From Gammaproteobacteria bacterium (GTDB lineage Bacteria; Pseudomonadota; Gammaproteobacteria; Eutrophobiales; Eutrophobiaceae): 64,000 nucleotides of DNA. The DNA lies in NCBI GenBank assembly GCA_965238225.1, contig OZ250183.1, positions 608,001 through 672,000 on the forward strand. The letters run 5' to 3'. Below the pieces are notes generated by a model. That model was not told the origin of the DNA, searched no databases, and worked only from the letters and a program-made list of their open reading frames with translations. Shown in pieces: positions 58,189 through 64,000 of the stretch. Position 1 is the first letter of the stretch; each line of letters begins with the position of its first letter. A program made the position numbers and the translations under genes.

Positions 58189-59285
58189 GCCATTTTGAAC
58201 AACAGTCTCTCTTTCAACGATTTCATATAGACGTACCTTTGTGTTTTGGTTTGTTGATGTTGTGCGGTTTGGGTTTGACTATATTTTATAGTGCTGGCGG
58301 GGAGGATATTGGTGTTTTAATCCGACAAATTGTACGCATGACTATCGCTTTTGTATTAATGTTTTTAGTGGCGCAATTATCGCCAAGCACCATTGAAAGA
58401 TGGTCGATATGGATTTTTATCATAGGGATCATCATGTTAGTCATAGTGCTGTGGGTAGGGTACGCTGGCAGGGGGGCTCAGCGTTGGCTGGATGTTGGGC
58501 TCTTTAGATTTCAACCTTCTGAACTCATGAAATTAGCTGTGCCTATGGTTGTCGCTCGCTATCTTTCTAACAAATCATTGCCTCCAAGTTATGGTAATAT
58601 CTTTATCGTCGGGTTGCTCATCCTCCTGCCTGTTGGCTTAATTGCGAAACAACCCGATTTGGGAACTTCATTATTGGTAGCAACCGCAGGACTTTCTGTT
58701 TTGTTTATTTCGGGGATGCGTTGGAAATTTATCGCGACCTTCGTTGCATTTTGCAGTTTGTTCGCACCGATACTCTGGCATTTTATGCATGATTATCAGA
58801 GACGTCGTATTTTAATCTTGTTTGATCCGGAGCAAGATCCTTTGGGTTCCGGTTATCATATTATTCAGTCTATGATTGCCATCGGATCGGGTGGACTCTA
58901 TGGCAAAGGTTGGCTAAATGGCACGCAATCTCATTTGGCATTTTTGCCAGAGCGCTCAACTGATTTTATTTTTGCAGTCTATTGCGAAGAATTTGGTTTA
59001 ATGGGCGTGCTACTCCTGCTTTCTATTTACCTATTTATCATTTTTAGAGGTTTGTATATTGCAATGAATGCACAACAGACATATGGAAAATTACTGGCTG
59101 CAGCACTAACACTGACATTTTTTGTTTATGTATTTGTCAATATGGGTATGGTGATAGGTCAGTTGCCTGTGGTTGGCATCCCTTTACCGTTAATCAGTCA
59201 TGGAGGAACATCAATGGTTACATTGATGCTGGCTTTCGGTATTCTCATGTCAATACAGACGCATCGCAGAATATTAGCAGGCTGA
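58185..59285 (+). CDS. rodA: SEDS peptidoglycan polymerase RodA
   Basis: GAQRWL, QPSELMK, QPDLGT, LPERSTDFIF. Confidence 0.97.
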   Translation: MSHFEQQSLFQRFHIDVPLCFGLLMLCGLGLTIFYSAGGEDIGVLIRQIVRMTIAFVLMFLVAQLSPSTIERWSIWIFIIGIIMLVIVLWVGYAGRGAQRWLDVGLFRFQPSELMKLAVPMVVARYLSNKSLPPSYGNIFIVGLLILLPVGLIAKQPDLGTSLLVATAGLSVLFISGMRWKFIATFVAFCSLFAPILWHFMHDYQRRRILILFDPEQDPLGSGYHIIQSMIAIGSGGLYGKGWLNGTQSHLAFLPERSTDFIFAVYCEEFGLMGVLLLLSIYLFIIFRGLYIAMNAQQTYGKLLAAALTLTFFVYVFVNMGMVIGQLPVVGIPLPLISHGGTSMVTLMLAFGILMSIQTHRRILAG

Positions 59286-59321
59286 ATACCCTGAATAATA
59301 ATTTTTTAATTATGGATATAT

Positions 59322-60317
59322 ATGCGTAATCTATCAAAAGTAAGTTTATTATTGGTTCTATTTTTGCCAAATGTTGGCTTTGCTCAATCTCTAGATTACG
59401 AACAGGTAAATAAATTTATTGATGAGATGGTGAGAAAACATGGATTTGGTACTAATGAATTGAGAATATTGTTTGGTGGAACAAAATATTCAAATAAAGT
59501 TCTAAAAGCCATGTCGCAGCCTGCTGAAAGATTGGCTTGGTATAAATATCGTAAAATATTTTTACAAGATTCTCGAATCAAAAAAGGTGTTACATTTTGG
59601 AAAAAACATAAATCTACCTTAGACAGAGCCGAGGAAATCTATAGCGTTCCACCTCAGATCATCACCTCCATTATAGGAGTAGAAACACAGTACGGACAAT
59701 ATAAAGGTAAAGATAAAGTAATGGACTCTCTGGCGACACTCGCCTTTCATTATCCAAAGCGTGCAAAATTCTTTCGTAATGAATTAGAGCAGTTTTTATT
59801 GCTAACCAGAGAACAGAATGTGGATCCACTCTTGTTAAAGGGATCTTATGCAGGGGCGATGGGTATCCCGCAATTTATTTCCAGCAGCTACAGAAATTTT
59901 TCTGTGGATTTTGATAAAGATGGCAAGAAAGATCTTTGGCAGAGTCCTGTTGATGCTATTGGCAGTATTGCGAATTATTTTAGTCGGCATGAATGGGAGT
60001 CAGGAGCAGCAATAACATACCCTGTACATGTTACAGGTGACAAAGTAGATACAATTATAGATAAAGATCTTATGCCAAATATCAAGGCAGGCAATTTAAA
60101 GAATTATAATATCATTCATGACAAAGATCTTTCAGAAGATACTTTGCTGAAAGTGATGAGGTTTGAGCAAAAAAAAAGTGATGATTATTGGATAGGGTTG
60201 CATAATTTTTATGTAATTACGCGCTATAATCATAGCGCATCATATGCCATGGTCGTTTATCAGTTATCAGAAGCAATAAAAAAAGAATATGAGAAAGAAA
60301 CTACTATTGAAAAATAA
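59322..60317 (+). CDS. mltB: Lytic murein transglycosylase B
   Basis: IIGVETQYG, GSYAGAMGIPQF, VITRYNHS. Confidence 0.95.
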   Translation: MRNLSKVSLLLVLFLPNVGFAQSLDYEQVNKFIDEMVRKHGFGTNELRILFGGTKYSNKVLKAMSQPAERLAWYKYRKIFLQDSRIKKGVTFWKKHKSTLDRAEEIYSVPPQIITSIIGVETQYGQYKGKDKVMDSLATLAFHYPKRAKFFRNELEQFLLLTREQNVDPLLLKGSYAGAMGIPQFISSSYRNFSVDFDKDGKKDLWQSPVDAIGSIANYFSRHEWESGAAITYPVHVTGDKVDTIIDKDLMPNIKAGNLKNYNIIHDKDLSEDTLLKVMRFEQKKSDDYWIGLHNFYVITRYNHSASYAMVVYQLSEAIKKEYEKETTIEK

Positions 60318-60966
60318 TACTTACAATCAAAGCGTATATCATTATATTTTCCTACTGCTCATTTTTCTGGCATTCGTCGGATGTTCTTCTGTTACTGTTC
60401 AGCGTGATAATGCTCGTGATGTAGATATAGATATTTCATCTGTGCCTGATGCCATTCCAAAAATGGAAACTAGGAGTAAATATGGAAATTCAGAATCGTA
60501 CGTTGTCTTCGGTAAACGATATTATGTAATGGATGACAATGCGGGATTTACTCAACGTGGCATTGCGTCCTGGTACGGTAAAAAATTCCACGGTAAGCGA
60601 ACATCAAACGGTGAAACCTACGATATGTATGCAATGACGGCAGCACATAAAACTATAATATTGCCTGCTTATGTTGAAGTTACTAACCTTGATAATGGCA
60701 AGAAAATCATTGTCAAGGTAAATGACAGAGGGCCTTTTCATGACAACAGGATTATAGACCTATCTTATTCGGCTGCTGTAAAACTTGATATTATTGCTAA
60801 AGGCACAGGTCTGGTGGAAATACGTGTCGTAGGTCTAGAATATACATCTAAGCAGGTGCCTAAAAATCGCAATACACCTACTAAAACATATTATCCTGAT
60901 CGTTTGCCGGTAGATTTTTATATACAGGCTGATGATTTTTCTGAATTAAATAACGCAGAAAAATAA
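60289..60966 (+). CDS. rlpA: Lytic transglycosylase lipoprotein RlpA, truncated in SPOR domain
   Basis: Lipobox FVGC, GIASWYG, MTAAHKT, VNDRGPF, RIIDLS; ends at TAA shortly after FYIQ. Confidence 0.92.
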   Translation: MRKKLLLKNNTYNQSVYHYIFLLLIFLAFVGCSSVTVQRDNARDVDIDISSVPDAIPKMETRSKYGNSESYVVFGKRYYVMDDNAGFTQRGIASWYGKKFHGKRTSNGETYDMYAMTAAHKTIILPAYVEVTNLDNGKKIIVKVNDRGPFHDNRIIDLSYSAAVKLDIIAKGTGLVEIRVVGLEYTSKQVPKNRNTPTKTYYPDRLPVDFYIQADDFSELNNAEK

Positions 60967-61131
60967 ATAATATTGGCAACAACATTGGTAAAAATATACC
61001 GTTCAATCATTGATAACAGATCGTTCTATAGAGTAGGAATAGGCTCATTATTTGATATAGAGAATGCAGATAATACAGTGCAACAATTAATTCGGCTTGG
61101 TGAATATGATCACCATATCATTTTTAACTAA
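60967..61131 (+). pseudogene. Untranslated remainder of RlpA SPOR domain
   Basis: Same frame stays open for 54 codons after the stop: ...SFYRVGIGSLFDIENADNTVQQLIRLG...IIFN*. Confidence 0.8.
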
Positions 61132-61152
61132 AATAATTATATATAAAACCTT

Positions 61153-62292
61153 ATGCATATAAATATACTTATACTACTTGTCGGGCAATTATTATTTAGC
61201 TCTATTGCTTATGCTGGAATCATTGCAATTCCTGCTCCGCCCAGCATGAAGGAAAATTCATATCTACTTCAGGATTTTAACAGTGGAAAAATTTTGGCAT
61301 CAAAAAACATTGACCAGAAAATTCCTCCAGCAAGTTTGACCAAAATGATGACAGTCTATGTTATTTCAAAAGAATTAATCGCAGGCAGAATATCACAAGA
61401 TGATGAAGTTTTAATAAGTAAAAATGCATGGAAGATGCCTGGCTCACGTATGTTTATAGAGGCGAGCAAGAAAGTATTACTTGGTGACTTATTGCGAGGT
61501 GTAATAATCCAGTCTGGTAATGATGCCAGTGTGGCATTAGCAGAACATATCTCTGGCAGTGAAGAAGCATTTTCAGATATTATGAATCAATATGCTAGTA
61601 GGTTAGGGATGACAAATAGTCATTTTACAAACAGTACTGGGCTGCCAGATGAGCAGCATTATACAACAGCAAAAGATATGGCAATTCTTGCGGCGGCTCT
61701 AATCAGAGATGCACCTGAAATATACGACCTGCATTCTGTGAAACAATTTACCTTTAATAATATTACTCAACAAAACAGAAATAAGTTACTTTGGCGCGAT
61801 CCAAGTGTCGATGGTATAAAGACAGGACATACAGAGGATGCGGGATTTTGCCTAGTTATCTCGGCAAAGAGAGATAACATGAGGCTTATATCGGTGGTAA
61901 TGGGTGCTCAGAGTGATGCCGCAAGAGTAGAAGCAAGCCAGTCATTGCTTGGTTACGGTTTCCGATTCTTTGAGACACAGAAGATATATAGTGCTAAAGA
62001 AGGTATCACTTATGTGAAAATATGGAAGGGCGATATTGATAATTTGGGCTTGGGCATAAATGCCGATCTTTATATTACCTTCCCTAGAGGTCAAAAAGGT
62101 AAGCTAACAACTACATTTGATTTATTTGATCAATATATCGCACCCTTAACCAAGGGAGATATACAGGGCAGTCTAAAGATTAATCTTGCAGATGATGAAG
62201 TCGTAGAGGCAGAATTAATTGCCTTGCAATCGATTAATGAAGGGAGTTTTATAGTACGTCTGAAAGATAGTCTTAAATTACTCCTTGAGTAA
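61153..62292 (+). CDS. dacA: D-Ala-D-Ala carboxypeptidase (PBP5/6)
   Basis: PASLTK, SGNDA, GIKTGHT. Confidence 0.93.
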   Translation: MHINILILLVGQLLFSSIAYAGIIAIPAPPSMKENSYLLQDFNSGKILASKNIDQKIPPASLTKMMTVYVISKELIAGRISQDDEVLISKNAWKMPGSRMFIEASKKVLLGDLLRGVIIQSGNDASVALAEHISGSEEAFSDIMNQYASRLGMTNSHFTNSTGLPDEQHYTTAKDMAILAAALIRDAPEIYDLHSVKQFTFNNITQQNRNKLLWRDPSVDGIKTGHTEDAGFCLVISAKRDNMRLISVVMGAQSDAARVEASQSLLGYGFRFFETQKIYSAKEGITYVKIWKGDIDNLGLGINADLYITFPRGQKGKLTTTFDLFDQYIAPLTKGDIQGSLKINLADDEVVEAELIALQSINEGSFIVRLKDSLKLLLE

Positions 62293-62300
62293 ATTGTAAT

Positions 62301-63140
62301 ATGTCTTCTATTGTTTATCTGAACGGTCAATATATACCGATTGAAAAAGCTAAGATCTCTGTACTAGATAGGGGATTTATATTTGCTGATGGTGTATATG
62401 AGGTGATTCCTGTATATCACGGGCATATTTTCAGATTAAAAAACCATATAGAAAGGCTAAATAGTAGCCTTGATGAAGTATATATTGAAAGACCTTATGA
62501 TTTAGCGCAGTGGCAAGAAATATTGTGTGAATTGATTCGCCAGAACCCCGCAGAAGATCATTCTTTATATATTCAAGTTACCAGAGGTGTTTCAGAAAGA
62601 GATCACGCTATAGCAACGGCAAAAAAACAAACTATATTTGCAATGAGCAGGCCGTTACTTAAAAAGAATTATGAAGCAGGAATATCTGCTATTGTTGCAG
62701 AAGATATCAGATGGAAACTTTGCCATATAAAGGCCATTACTTTACTTCCCAGCGTGATCTTAAGACATAAGGCAAGCCAAGCAGGGGCAACTGAAGCACT
62801 GTTGGTGAAAGATGGTAATGTCACAGAGGGAGCAGCAAGTAATATATTTATTGTCAAAGACGGTGTTGTTAAGACCCCCCCCAAAGACGGCAGCCTACTC
62901 CCAGGTATCACCAGAGATTTGCTTGTTGAACTATTATCAGCATCAGATATTGCCTGCGAAGAAACGAGCATCTCTGAAAAAGAATTAAGACAGGCTGATG
63001 AAATATGGATTACCGGTTCCATATGGGAAATTGTGTCAGTGGTAAAGCTGGATGCCGAGTTTATCGGCACAGGCAAGCCGGGCGAGATCTGGCAACAGGC
63101 CTCAAAAATCTACCAGACATTTAAACAGGAGAGCGGATAA
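62301..63140 (+). CDS. dat: D-amino acid aminotransferase (PLP class IV)
   Basis: DRGFIFADGVYEV, YIQVTRG, DIRW, TEGAASN, LPGITR. Confidence 0.88.
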   Translation: MSSIVYLNGQYIPIEKAKISVLDRGFIFADGVYEVIPVYHGHIFRLKNHIERLNSSLDEVYIERPYDLAQWQEILCELIRQNPAEDHSLYIQVTRGVSERDHAIATAKKQTIFAMSRPLLKKNYEAGISAIVAEDIRWKLCHIKAITLLPSVILRHKASQAGATEALLVKDGNVTEGAASNIFIVKDGVVKTPPKDGSLLPGITRDLLVELLSASDIACEETSISEKELRQADEIWITGSIWEIVSVVKLDAEFIGTGKPGEIWQQASKIYQTFKQESG

Positions 63141-63149
63141 TACTTGTTT

Positions 63150-63172
63150 ATCCCTGCCGGAAGGCAGGGGTA
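63150..63172 (+). terminator. GC-rich hairpin after dat
   Basis: CCCTGCC-GGAA-GGCAGGG with GNRA loop; no U-tract on + strand. Confidence 0.5.
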
Positions 63173-63208
63173 GCAATATCAAAAAAATTAATGAGTTAAT
63201 ATAATTAT

Positions 63209-63565
63209 ATGGATATATACAAAGAATTTACAATTGAGGCGGCACACCTTTTACCTAATGTTCCTGAAGGCCATAAATGTAGAAGACTGCACGGCCATTC
63301 TTTTAGAATAGAGATTCATGTAGAGGGAGATATCGATCCAAAACTAGGTTGGGTAATGGATTTTATACAGTTAAAAAGTAAGTTTAATCCTATATTTGAA
63401 CAGTTAGACCATAACTACCTAAATGAGATAGAAGGCTTGGAGAATCCTACCAGCGAGAATCTTGCGCGTTGGGTGTGGTTAAAATTACTCCCTGATTTAC
63501 CAGCACTGAAAAAAATTGTTGTTAAGGAAACATGTAATTCAGGATGTATCTATCAAGGCAAATAA
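63209..63565 (+). CDS. queD: 6-carboxy-5,6,7,8-tetrahydropterin synthase QueD
   Basis: EAAHLLPNVPEGHKCRRLHGHS, LDHNYLN, ENPTSEN. Confidence 0.96.
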   Translation: MDIYKEFTIEAAHLLPNVPEGHKCRRLHGHSFRIEIHVEGDIDPKLGWVMDFIQLKSKFNPIFEQLDHNYLNEIEGLENPTSENLARWVWLKLLPDLPALKKIVVKETCNSGCIYQGK

Positions 63566-63571
63566 CAGCGC

Positions 63572-64000
63572 TTAAACTTTAATTCCCGTGCCTTTATTTA
63601 ATAGATAAAGACAAAAACTGAAAAGTATAACAATGAATATTAATATAATTACGAATGCAGGCTGAATATTAATATCTGATACTCCTAACATGCCATAACG
63701 AAATGCATTGACCATATAGAATATAGGATTAATTTTTGAAACCGTTTGCCAAAATTCAGGCAATAGGCTGATTGTGTAAAAAACACCGCCTAGATAAGTG
63801 AGCGGGGTGAGTACAAAAGATGGAATAATGACAATATCATCAAATTTTTTGGCAAAAATTCCATTTATAAACCCAGCTAGAGAAAAAAGAGTTGATGTGA
63901 GTAGTGCAACGCTAATTACTATCAGAGGATGTTCGATGTGCAGTTCAGTAAAAAATAGCGCAGTCAGTGTAACCACAAAACCTACCGCCATACCTCGAGC
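63572..64000 (-). CDS. ABC-2 type transporter permease (YadH-like), 5' partial
   Basis: FAKKFDDI, VLTPLTYLGGVFY, NPIFYMVNAFRYG. Confidence 0.9.
   Translation of the reverse strand, partial: ARGMAVGFVVTLTALFFTELHIEHPLIVISVALLTSTLFSLAGFINGIFAKKFDDIVIIPSFVLTPLTYLGGVFYTISLLPEFWQTVSKINPIFYMVNAFRYGMLGVSDINIQPAFVIILIFIVILFSFCLYLLNKGTGIKV

Noticed and set aside
63152-63169. CCGGAAGG loop resembling SRP 4.5S RNA, or a preQ1 riboswitch before queD
   Set aside because: Lacks the SRP CAGG/AGCA internal loop and long stem, and lacks the preQ1-I loop consensus

Overview
Core-genome window from a non-enteric Gammaproteobacterium (GatCAB present, ntrY-ntrX-trkA-trkH cluster, zinc-ribbon-free TopA). In order: trkH (partial), trkA, ntrX, ntrY, DUF4390, a decayed rsmB, fmt, def; tsaP-like LysM gene, dprA, smg, topA, tsaC; then one co-directional ~32 kb translation/transcription supercluster (tRNA-Tyr/Gly/Thr, tuf, tRNA-Trp, secE, nusG, rplKAJL, rpoBC, str, S10, spc and alpha operons); dacB; one orphan gene; gatBAC; mreBCD, mrdA, rodA, mltB, rlpA, dacA, dat; queD; a partial ABC permease. 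I see no CRISPR array, prophage, transposase or integrase. Items absent from the ORF track or otherwise notable: (1) an orphan two-TM + OB-fold gene between dacB and gatB with attC-like remnants, the best candidate for a novel single-gene system; (2) a frameshifted, partly deleted rsmB pseudogene; (3) rlpA cut by an in-frame TAA inside a degenerate SPOR domain; (4) a probable AUU start for mreC; (5) substitutions at normally invariant residues in core proteins, suggesting drift; (6) several RNA-structure oddities around the ribosomal operons. All family calls come from motif recognition; no database search was run.
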